Assembly (NCBI GenBank): GCA_965215365.1
Contig: CBDCDS010000003.1
Coordinates: forward strand, 1,152,001-1,216,000
Reading direction: 5' to 3'
DNA length: 64,000 nucleotides
DNA from: Gammaproteobacteria bacterium
GTDB taxonomy: Bacteria; Pseudomonadota; Gammaproteobacteria; Eutrophobiales; Eutrophobiaceae
The position numbers and the translations under genes are program-made. This document shows, in pieces, positions 45,951 through 54,428 of this stretch; the stretch's first letter is position 1; each line of letters begins with the position of its first letter. Under the pieces are notes generated by a model. The model was given only the letters and a program-made list of their open reading frames with translations, was not told the DNA's origin and did not search any database.

Positions 45951-46985
45951 ATGAGATACACGTCATTGGTGCCAAGCGCCCAGGTCGCCTATGCGGACCT
46001 GCTCACCAGCCTTTACAACTCAGCCATCCCGGGCCGCGGCATTTCCTGTTTCACCCGAAATGTGAAAGGGAAAAATTACTGGTATCTGCAATACACTATC
46101 GGACCCAGCAAGCGCTCCTGTTACCTTGGCCCTGATACCGACTCCATTCGCGAGCGGGTGGTAAAGTGCAGGCAAAAACAGGATGAGGACAAACAGCAAC
46201 ACAGTGGGAGAAAACGCATGGTAGCCACCTGTATCGCAACGGGCCTGCAGGCTTTGTCGCCTGCCGAAGCCCGGGTCTATGAGGTGTTGGCGCAAGCGGG
46301 CCTGTTTGAGGCGGGCGCGGTGATTGCAGGGACACACGCTTTTCTCCATATCGGCAATATGCTGTGTGTTCAGTGGGCGCATTTTGCCACGCGCACCAAG
46401 GATGTTGATATCGCTCAGAAGCAGACCATTGCCGTGGCGTCCCCGCCTGTGAATATGGATTTCGGGGAAACGCTGGCGCGGGCGGATAAGGGTGTTTTTC
46501 CGGTCCCGGCACTGGACTCCAGGCAACCGTCAACCCGGTTCGCCCTGCGCAACCAGGACTTGACCGTCTCCCTGCTTACCCCGTTGCGCGGCAGGCCGTC
46601 GGGCAAACCGGTGCTGCTGAAAGGCTTGAATGCGGCAGCTGAGCCGGTGCGCTACCTGGATTACCTGATTGAAGACAGCCAGCCTGCAGCCGTGCCTGCG
46701 GGAACAGGCCTGCTGATTCGCATCCCGTCCCCGTCCCGTTTTGCCTTGCACAAACTGGTGGTTTCACAACGGCGTCCTGTCGCGTTCGCAGCAAAGAGCC
46801 GCAAGGACCTGGCGCAGGCGGCAGCGGTGCTGGAGGTATTGAAAGATCTCAGGCCCGGAGATATTGAACTGGCCGGCGCTGCCGCCGTGCGTATGGGGAA
46901 CAAATTTGTCAAGCAGATGCTGGCCGCCGCCAATCTGATCGATGAGGAACTTGGCGCGCTGGTCAGAGCTGCCGTGGTCAGGTAG
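45951..46985 (+). CDS. GSU2403-like nucleotidyltransferase-fold protein
   Basis: [54 protein letters not shown]. Confidence 0.8.
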   Translation: MRYTSLVPSAQVAYADLLTSLYNSAIPGRGISCFTRNVKGKNYWYLQYTIGPSKRSCYLGPDTDSIRERVVKCRQKQDEDKQQHSGRKRMVATCIATGLQALSPAEARVYEVLAQAGLFEAGAVIAGTHAFLHIGNMLCVQWAHFATRTKDVDIAQKQTIAVASPPVNMDFGETLARADKGVFPVPALDSRQPSTRFALRNQDLTVSLLTPLRGRPSGKPVLLKGLNAAAEPVRYLDYLIEDSQPAAVPAGTGLLIRIPSPSRFALHKLVVSQRRPVAFAAKSRKDLAQAAAVLEVLKDLRPGDIELAGAAAVRMGNKFVKQMLAAANLIDEELGALVRAAVVR

Positions 46986-47019
46986 GGTAAAATCATACTT
47001 TTATTGTAACTACTCACCC

Positions 47020-47310
47020 ATGCCTGACTACCTCCACGATTACTGTGGCGACTCATATCACTACACCGCCCCGGCAGGCAGTTTCCCGGCCAACCCCTGG
47101 GGCTTACACGATATGCACGGCAATGTGTGGGAGTGGGTGCAAGATTGCTGGCATTACACTTATGAAGGCGCGCCGACGGATGGCAGTGTTTGGACGAGTG
47201 GTGATTGCAGCCGGCGCGTGTTTCGGGGTGGTTCCTGGCTCAACGATGCGTGGGGCTTGCGTTCCGCCTTCCGCCTCTCGGACGCCCGCACGAACCGCCT
47301 CAACATATTG
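47020..47310 (+). pseudogene. Internally deleted kinase-FGE remnant: the first 6 kinase codons fused to the C-terminal FGE/CLec segment
   Basis: ATGCCTGACTACCTCCAC (same as kinase copies 2 and 3), then [15 protein letters not shown]...RGGSW; terminal GFR missing. Confidence 0.85.
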
Positions 47311-47419
47311 AGCGGTTGCTCTTGTTTCTCGATAGTCGCTTTCCATCGTCGGGCGCTATCGGTGAACGCCTCGTTCAACAGACTGACTCATTTCAGTTCG
47401 GTAACGCAAGAGTTCTCGC

Positions 47420-47929
47420 GTGGGCGACGAAAGACAATTTGAGGGTCATATCGAGGGACTGTCGGTGGTGGTAATGCTTCAGGAGGTTTATGACAGGGCT
47501 GAGGATCGATGCGTCCATTTCAGCGGTCCAACAGAATCCACCGACAGCCGTTTGTTCTTTGAAACCGGCCAACCGGAAGATACCGCAGCAAGCCAGTGGG
47601 GACGAAAGCTACTGGACAAACTGAAAAAACGGCAGTGTGGCCAACCATCCTCGGATTATCTTCGTATGCTCGTAGTCGATTTCTCACGTGCCGACACCGG
47701 ATGGCCTGATTTTATTTGCTGGCCGGGCATTGCCCAGCGACTCTCGAAGACGGTGAAGTTGCTCGCAGAGAAAGCCGGGGAACCGCTCGCATATGACGCC
47801 GTGTTGCCTGTCCGACTGAGCGATGTGAGTGGAGAGCGTTACTTCGGAGAGGTCATTTTACTGGATCATAGATGTGCGGAGGATGTTGAACGTATTGTGC
47901 AGGCGGCCTCGCTTAATCGTTGCAGCTGA
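47420..47929 (+). CDS. Hypothetical protein (possibly a 5'-truncated fragment)
   Basis: Open frame with protein-like composition ending at the PIN gene start; no family recognised. Confidence 0.4.
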   Translation: MGDERQFEGHIEGLSVVVMLQEVYDRAEDRCVHFSGPTESTDSRLFFETGQPEDTAASQWGRKLLDKLKKRQCGQPSSDYLRMLVVDFSRADTGWPDFICWPGIAQRLSKTVKLLAEKAGEPLAYDAVLPVRLSDVSGERYFGEVILLDHRCAEDVERIVQAASLNRCS

Positions 47930-48420
47930 TGCAAAGCATATACATAGAAACCACGATACCAAGTTATTTAACAGCTCGGAATAATCCGGATTTAAGGGTG
48001 GCTGCGTGGCAGCAAATAACTTTGCAATGGTGGAACGAAGAGCGGGTAAAATATGATATATTCATTTCAGAGTTGGTCACTGCCGAGGCTTCCAAAGGAA
48101 ATTATCAGGCAGCACGACGACGGCTTAAATCACTGGAAAATATTGCCGAGTTGGCTATAGACGTTGACATGAGAGAGTTGGCAAATGCTCTTATGAGAGG
48201 TGGGGGAATACCTGAATCATCAGAAACCGATGCCCTGCACATCGCCATAGCAGCAGTGCATCAGGTTGATTATTTGCTGACTTGGAATTGTCGCCATATA
48301 AACAATGCGGTCACGAAACCCATGGTGCGCAGATTATGTCAGGAAGCAGGACATATTTGTCCGGAAATCTGCACACCTCTTGAACTGTTATCGGAGGTTC
48401 AATGGCATGTACCGAGATGA
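47929..48420 (+). CDS. PIN-domain toxin-like protein
   Basis: IYIETTIPSYL, DALHIAIA, YLLTWNCRHI, ICTPLEL. Confidence 0.88.
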   Translation: MQSIYIETTIPSYLTARNNPDLRVAAWQQITLQWWNEERVKYDIFISELVTAEASKGNYQAARRRLKSLENIAELAIDVDMRELANALMRGGGIPESSETDALHIAIAAVHQVDYLLTWNCRHINNAVTKPMVRRLCQEAGHICPEICTPLELLSEVQWHVPR

Positions 48421-48610
48421 AATTATTGAAGAAGTCTGGAAAAACAGGGAAACCTACGCCGCCAGCCATGATCATAATCTTGCAAAAATAGTCGATGATT
48501 TGATGGCCCGTCAAAAAAAATCCGGGAAAATCGTAGTGGACCGGCGCCCCATTCCTGATGACGATACCAATACGGATGAGGTTGCCACTCGGCTCCGGGC
48601 GGGTATGTAA
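48407..48610 (+). CDS. Small partner protein of the PIN gene (putative antitoxin)
   Basis: DEIIEEVWKNRETYAASHDHNLAKIVDDL; overlaps the PIN gene end. Confidence 0.75.
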   Translation: MYRDEIIEEVWKNRETYAASHDHNLAKIVDDLMARQKKSGKIVVDRRPIPDDDTNTDEVATRLRAGM

Positions 48611-48618
48611 TCCCACCC

Positions 48619-49899
48619 ATGCCTGACTACCTCCACGCCCTGCCTGCCGGCTACCGCCTTGACGAATACGAACTGGTGCGGGTGCTGGGCAGTGGCGGGT
48701 TTGGCATTACCTACCTGGGCTATGACCACCACCTAGACAAAGCCGTCGCCATCAAGGAGTACCTGCCCAATGATCTGGCGGTGCGCGCTGACAATCACTC
48801 GGTGCTGCCCAAGTCCAGTCAGGACAAGGCCGATTACGAATGGGGCTTGGCACGCTTTCTCAATGAAGCGCAGACCTTAGCCCGCTTTGACCACCGGCAC
48901 ATTATCAAAGTCTATCGGTTCTTCCGCGCCCATGGCACCGGGTATATCGTGATGGAGTATGCCGAGGGAGAAACGCTATCGGAGGTGTTACAGCGTAAGG
49001 GGACTCTGACAGAGACCGAGTTACAAGCCCTGCTGTTTCCCATTCTGGACGGGTTGGCCGTGGTGCATGAGGCCGATGTGCTGCACCGGGACATCAAGCC
49101 GGGGAATATTGTGATACGGGACGATGGCAGCCCGGTATTGATTGACTTCGGCTCGGCGCGTCAAGCGGTGGCGGGGAAGAGTCGCAGTGTGACGGCAATT
49201 GTGACGCCGGGGTATGCACCGATAGAGCAGTATTCAGCCAAGGGGCATCAGGGGGCCTGGACGGATATTTATGCCTTAGCCCGCATATCTCACCAAGTCG
49301 CTTGTCGTCTTGTGAAACATAATTGCTTTCAATAAGTTATGACAATACTGCTACTCTTCCCGCATAACAGACTGCGCTTGATGCGCCCTCGCTGGTCTTG
49401 GTTCTGCCTGCGGGCACGTGCTCCCTCAACCATAGCTACCGCTATGGTTTCGGTCGCAGGCACCCGCAGGCAGAACCAATCCGGCGCGATCTTCGCATCA
49501 CTTGGTGAGATATGCGGGCTAGGGGCGGTGTGTTACCGGTGTTTGACCGGAGAGCTACCTGATGATGCAACCGAGCGCTTGCGCGATGACCCGTTAGTCC
49601 CTGCTGTCCAGCACTGCAAGGGCAAGGCAAGCACCGCCTTGCTCAACGCCATAGACCGGTCTCTTAAGGTAGATGAGGGGGAACGGCCGCAAAGCGTGGC
49701 GGCATGGCGGGAGATGCTATTGAATAAGACGGTAGCTTCAGCCTATCACCAGATAGAGGAAACGGCGAAACCGGCCACCCGGCCTCCTTCAATAAGCTCT
49801 CCAGAGGCTAAAGTTGGTTGGTTAAAACTCCTTTGGCTGGTTGGGGTAGCAGTGTGGGTAATCTTGTTAGTCTTTTTAGTCTTTTACTTCACCATATAA
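48619..49899 (+). pseudogene. Ser/Thr kinase copy 2, interrupted by a MITE
   Basis: Near-identical to copies 1 and 3; 243 bp insertion within DIYAL/G carries TAA at 49333-49335; ends after one TM helix. Confidence 0.92.
49279..49519. mobile_element. 241 bp MITE (family C)
   Basis: 20 bp TIRs GCCCGCATATCTCACCAAGT / ACTTGGTGAGATATGCGGGC; TA duplicated at 49277-78 and 49520-21; empty site present in kinase copies 1 and 3. Confidence 0.95.
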
Positions 49900-50213
49900 G
49901 CGCGGTCGTGTGGTCCGACAGTCAAAAATACAACTGTTTCATCTGTTCGGTTTTCGCAGAAGCAATATCGGCATTCCTTGACGCTTCGACATTCTTCACA
50001 GATAACGAAAATCACCCGAAAGTTTCTGCCTGCCCGTGCACTGGGGCAACCTCGCAAGTCCAGCCCTCCGGCAACTTTTCCGAGGCGCTCTGTTCTATCA
50101 TAAGGGTCATCTAGGATTTGTCCGACTATTTTCCGGATGCGTTTGCGCAAACTCGAATAACGTGCAAGATTACGAACAAACCGGTCTTCATAAAACCCTT
50201 GATATTCATTCAC
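49884..50213 (-). CDS. RelE/YafQ-like toxin with Cys-rich insertion
   Basis: FYEDRFVRNL, ILDDPY, LRGCPSAR..NFRVIF, FLTVGPHDRAY; CEECRSVKECRYCFC. Confidence 0.7.
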   Translation of the reverse strand: MNEYQGFYEDRFVRNLARYSSLRKRIRKIVGQILDDPYDRTERLGKVAGGLDLRGCPSARAGRNFRVIFVICEECRSVKECRYCFCENRTDETVVFLTVGPHDRAYMVK

Positions 50214-50436
50214 TCCATACTTCCTCGTGAGTATGGAACTTCAGTTTTCCCGTTTTTCTCCGTTCAGAAATATTAACCATGTCTTCGCGCAGAGGGGATT
50301 CCTCGTGCCATTCCAATACCCCCCGCTGACGTGAAGCAAACTCCATGAGTTCTTCCTGTACCACTTTACGGATGAGTCTTTCTAATTCGCCCAAGGTAAC
50401 TTTGCTTTCTGGTGTTGTTGCCATCTGACCGCTCAT
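50206..50436 (-). CDS. Putative antitoxin
   Basis: ELERLIRKVVQEEL...FHTHEEVW; overlaps the toxin start. Confidence 0.65.
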   Translation of the reverse strand: MSGQMATTPESKVTLGELERLIRKVVQEELMEFASRQRGVLEWHEESPLREDMVNISERRKTGKLKFHTHEEVWSE

Positions 50437-50705
50437 TTTCAAACCCTCGTCTCTCGATTTCTCCCTGATTTCAATGACAGTTTACTAAATTCCTGCTTTT
50501 CACTCTACCCTCTCTCAAGGAGTCCAAGTATTAGTTGTTTCGTGATAATTTGAATATGATGATGAGAGACGAACCTGATCCTTGGAGGGCGATACCAGCC
50601 TCGCTCTTCGAATCAGACAGCTATCATATACCAACGGTTTATCTTGAGGATGTAGCTCATTTGGGCTACACTGTCATAGTCAAGTCACAAACAGGAGAAT
50701 GATCC

Positions 50706-50966
50706 ATGGCAGTAACTGAGGTTGTACGCGCTCGAGTTGATGGGCGCTTGAAAGAAGAGGCCACCGCGATATTGGCGACCATGGGGCTTACCGTGTCCGA
50801 TTTCGTGCGTATTGGTCTCACCAAGGTAGTAAGCGAGCAGGGGTTGCCGTTTGCAATGCGAGCGCCCAACCGGCTGACAGCTGAAACCCTTGCCAGAAGC
50901 GAGCGCGGCGAGGACCTGCACCGTGCCGAAGACGCTGAAGCCCTGTTCAAAGACCTAGGTATTTGA
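50706..50966 (+). CDS. dinJ: RelB/DinJ antitoxin
   Basis: VRARVDGRLKEEATAILATMGLTVSD, GLPF, PNRLT, LFKDLGI. Confidence 0.92.
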   Translation: MAVTEVVRARVDGRLKEEATAILATMGLTVSDFVRIGLTKVVSEQGLPFAMRAPNRLTAETLARSERGEDLHRAEDAEALFKDLGI

Positions 50967-51238
50967 TGCGTATCCCGGTCTATTCCGGCCAGTTCAAACG
51001 CGACCTGAAAACAGCACGGAAACGCGGCAAGGACATGGAGAAGATCAAGGCGCTGATGCGCTTGTTGATAGATGAAAAGCCCTTGTCCCCGCACTGCAAA
51101 GACCATCCGCTTAAGGGCCAGTGGCGCGGCTTCCGGGATGCTCACATCGAATCGGATTGGTTGCTGATTTACAAGATCGACGGCGACGAAGTGCGTTTTG
51201 AACGGACGGGCAGACACACCGACCTGTTTGAAGAGTAA
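50966..51238 (+). CDS. yafQ: YafQ family toxin
   Basis: QFKRDLK, DHPLKGQW, RDAHIESDWLLIY, RTGRHTDLF. Confidence 0.93.
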   Translation: MRIPVYSGQFKRDLKTARKRGKDMEKIKALMRLLIDEKPLSPHCKDHPLKGQWRGFRDAHIESDWLLIYKIDGDEVRFERTGRHTDLFEE

Positions 51239-51446
51239 GTAGTGGTCCCATGCTTGTCGAGAAAAAGTTAGAAGTTTATCAGCAGCAAGGGGCCAACCAT
51301 GGATATAAAGGCAATAGTTGGGAGAAACAATACTACACCCGGCCGCACATAAAGATCTCAGCATTCGGAATATATCGGCCCATCAGAATACGCAAGGCAG
51401 CTCATGCTATTATGTGCATTACGCGTAGCAATGAAAGAGATCAAAA

Positions 51447-51535
51447 ATGTACAAAAAAATGACGCTCACGCTCGATGAAGCGGTTTACGAAGCACTGTAC
51501 CGGACGGTTGGCAAGCGTCGGATAAGCAAGTTAAT
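51447..51535 (+). pseudogene. Truncated antitoxin-like fragment
   Basis: MYKKMTLTLDEAVYEALYRTVGKRRISK resembles N-termini of RHH addiction-module antitoxins. Confidence 0.5.
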
Positions 51536-51809
51536 TCTGACGGGCGCGCAGGTGGGGAATCTGAACAAATGAGAAGCTTAATATTGATAGGTGTGTGGGG
51601 CTTAGTATTCTCATAAGGTGGTGCGATTTAGTTTATTAGGTTCTACGCACGCAATAAAAATGATGCGGTTGGGAGCAGAGATGATAACAGATGAAGAATC
51701 AAAAAATCAGCAAGGTGTGAGCTCTGAAGAATTTTTGTAGCCATCACGAAACTCTAATGCTACAAGCTACCTTTAATCACATCAGGAAGTTCAGCCACCG
51801 GAGATAAAG

Positions 51810-52034
51810 ATGAACTTAAAGCAAATAAAAGACGAGGTGCTCCACTTACCTGCAGGGGACAGAGCGGAGTTAGCCCAAAAACTTCTGCTAAGCCTTGATA
51901 CTCCGTCACAAGATGAAGTCGATGCCGGCTGGCTGACCGAATCACACAGGCGGGCACGTGAACTTGATGAAGGTATTGTTCAACCCATTCCGGCAGAAGA
52001 GGTGAGAAGAAAAGTACAAGCCTTGTTCAGATGA
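51810..52034 (+). CDS. Putative addiction module component (TIGR02574-like)
   Basis: LHLPAGDRAELAQKLLLSL, W..E..RR, IPAEEV; followed by an ATGA-overlapping stub MTYFL. Confidence 0.85.
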   Translation: MNLKQIKDEVLHLPAGDRAELAQKLLLSLDTPSQDEVDAGWLTESHRRARELDEGIVQPIPAEEVRRKVQALFR

Positions 52035-52052
52035 CCTATTTCTTGGTTACCC

Positions 52053-54173
52053 ATGCCTGACTACCTCCACGCCCTGCCTGCCGGCTACCGCCTTGACGAA
52101 TACGAACTGGTGCGGGTGCTGGGCAGTGGCGGGTTTGGCATTACCTACCTGGGCTACGACCATCACCTAGACAAAGCCGTCGCCATCAAGGAGTACCTGC
52201 CCAATGATCTGGCGGTGCGCGCTGACAATCACTCGGTGCTGCCCAAGTCCAGTCAGGACAAGGCCGATTACGAATGGGGCTTGGCGCGCTTTCTCAATGA
52301 AGCGCAGACCTTAGCCCGCTTTGACCACCGGCATATTATCAAAGTCTATCGGTTCTTCCGCGCCCATGGCACCGGGTATATCGTGATGGAGTATGCCGAG
52401 GGAGACACCTTATCAAAAGTGTTACAGCGTAAGGGGACTCTGACAGAGACCGAGTTACAAGCCCTGCTGTTTCCCATTCTGGACGGGTTGGCCGTGGTGC
52501 ATGAGGCCGATGTGCTGCACCGGGACATCAAGCCGGGGAATATTGTGATACGGGACGATGGCAGCCCGGTATTGATTGACTTCGGCTCGGCGCGTCAAGC
52601 GGTGGCGGGGAAGAGTCGCAGTGTGACGGCAATTGTGACGCCGGGGTATGCACCGATAGAGCAGTATTCAGCCAAGGGGCATCAGGGGGCCTGGACGGAT
52701 ATCTACGCCTTAGGGGCGGTGTGTTACCGGTGTTTGACCGGAGAGCTACCTGATGATGCAACCGAGCGCTTGCGCGATGACCCGTTAGTCCCTGCTGTCC
52801 AGCACTGCAAGGGCAAGGCAAGCACCGCCTTGCTCAACGCCATAGACCGGTCTCTTAAGGTAGATGAGGGGGAACGGCCGCAAAGCGTGGCGGCATGGCG
52901 GGAGATGCTATTGAATAAGACGGTAGCTTCAGCCTATCACCAGATAGAGGAAACGGCGAAACCGGCCACCCGGCCTCCTTCAATAAGCTCTCCAGAGGCT
53001 AAAGTTGGTTGGTTAAAACCCCTGCTGGTTGGGGTAGCAGTGTGGGTAATCTGTTTACTGTTAGTCTTTCTCGCGCAGGAGCAAGCTGCCATACAGCAGC
53101 AGGCTGTCAAACGAGAACGGATACGGCAGGAGCAGGCTGCCATACAGCAGGAGCAGGCTGTCAAACGAGAACAACGGATACGGCAGGAAAAATTATCTAA
53201 CGTTGAAATGTTCGAACAATATATCGTGGAGCAGGCTGTCAAACGAAAACAACGGATACTGCAGGAAAAATTATCTAACGTTGAAATGTTCGATCAATAT
53301 ATCGTGGAGCAGGCTGTCAATGAGCATTGGAACGCGTTTACGGCAGAGCTGAGGACTGGAGATCTGGTCGGAGCGGCTGCTTCCTTGTTTCAAATACGCC
53401 AGTTAAGCCCGAATGCGCCCGGTTTGTCCGACGGGGAGCGACTTTTAGCTGAGGCTCAGGTAGCTGCTCTGGCGAAGGCAATAGAGATGGTCTCCATCCC
53501 CGGCGGCACGTTCCGCATGGGGGATTTGAGTGGGGAGGGTTATAGCAACGAGCAACCCGTTCGCCGCGTCACGGTACCGGCCTTCAGGCTGGGAAAATAC
53601 GAAGTCACGTTTGCCCAATGGGACGCCTGTGTGGCGGATGGAGGCTGTAACGGTTACACCCCGCTTGTAGGCTGGGGCCGCGGCAACCGCCCGGTCGGCA
53701 ATGTCTCTTGGAACGACGCCCAATCCTTCATTGATTGGCTGAACGGCAAGACCGGCGGTAACTACCGCTTACCCACAGAGGCAGAGTGGGAGTATGCGGC
53801 CCGGGCCGGCACGACCACGAAGTACAGTTGGGGCGATGACATCGGCAGCAACCGGGCGAACTGTGATGATGATGTTTGCGGCGACTCCTATGAATACTCC
53901 GCCCCGGTAGGCAGTTTCCCGGCCAATCCTTGGGGCTTGCATGATATGCACGGTAATGTGTGGGAGTGGGTGCAAGATTGTTACAACGATAGTTACAAAG
54001 GTGCCCCGACAGACGGCAGCGCTTGGATGAGTGGTAATTGCGGCGAGCGCGTGCTTCGGGGTAGTTCCTGGTTCGGCGATGCGAGGTTCCTGCATTCCGC
54101 TTTCCGCTTCAAGGGTGCCGCCGCGAGCCAGTTCCACTTCGACATCGGCTTTCGTCTGGCCCAGGACAAGTAA
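52053..54173 (+). CDS. Ser/Thr kinase copy 3 - TM - coiled-coil repeats - FGE-sulfatase (CLec-fold) domain
   Basis: Kinase motifs; FRMG, YEVTFAQW, PVGNVSWND, YRLPTEAEWEYAARAG, GNVWEW, IGFRLAQD. Confidence 0.95.
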   Translation: MPDYLHALPAGYRLDEYELVRVLGSGGFGITYLGYDHHLDKAVAIKEYLPNDLAVRADNHSVLPKSSQDKADYEWGLARFLNEAQTLARFDHRHIIKVYRFFRAHGTGYIVMEYAEGDTLSKVLQRKGTLTETELQALLFPILDGLAVVHEADVLHRDIKPGNIVIRDDGSPVLIDFGSARQAVAGKSRSVTAIVTPGYAPIEQYSAKGHQGAWTDIYALGAVCYRCLTGELPDDATERLRDDPLVPAVQHCKGKASTALLNAIDRSLKVDEGERPQSVAAWREMLLNKTVASAYHQIEETAKPATRPPSISSPEAKVGWLKPLLVGVAVWVICLLLVFLAQEQAAIQQQAVKRERIRQEQAAIQQEQAVKREQRIRQEKLSNVEMFEQYIVEQAVKRKQRILQEKLSNVEMFDQYIVEQAVNEHWNAFTAELRTGDLVGAAASLFQIRQLSPNAPGLSDGERLLAEAQVAALAKAIEMVSIPGGTFRMGDLSGEGYSNEQPVRRVTVPAFRLGKYEVTFAQWDACVADGGCNGYTPLVGWGRGNRPVGNVSWNDAQSFIDWLNGKTGGNYRLPTEAEWEYAARAGTTTKYSWGDDIGSNRANCDDDVCGDSYEYSAPVGSFPANPWGLHDMHGNVWEWVQDCYNDSYKGAPTDGSAWMSGNCGERVLRGSSWFGDARFLHSAFRFKGAAASQFHFDIGFRLAQDK

Positions 54174-54428
54174 AACGAAGGCATGATACAGGGTATATGC
54201 ACACGACTCTATGCCGCGATTCCCTTTGCGCTGTTCCCTCTTTCCCTTTTCAATTGCGTTGATGCGTCACGTGGTATCTACCGGAATGTTTGCTATGTAA
54301 ATTTTGAAAATTTACATACTGTCGGGGTGTGCAGCTCCCTGATCATGAGGGTTTAGGGGTGGCCTTATGAGTCGAAAAGGCTGGGAAGCGGTCAGAATTA
54401 AATGGCAAGAGTACCAGTCCTGAAAAAT

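Noticed and set aside
47040-47310. The FGE fragment as the DGR template repeat for kinase 3
   Set aside because: Mismatches are not confined to adenines in either copy (many C/T and G/T differences), and no reverse transcriptase or Avd gene is in the window.
49339-49899. Independent 186 aa gene
   Set aside because: It is MITE sequence fused to the 3' half of the interrupted kinase 2.
51250-51462. 70 aa ORF after yafQ
   Set aside because: No recognisable motif; it lies in AT-rich, fragment-laden DNA and cannot be supported.
34855-54173. Integron cassette array
   Set aside because: No integrase, and no recurring attC-like RYYYAAC...GTTRRRY sites could be identified. The palindrome at 45902 has the opposite GTT...AAC arrangement.
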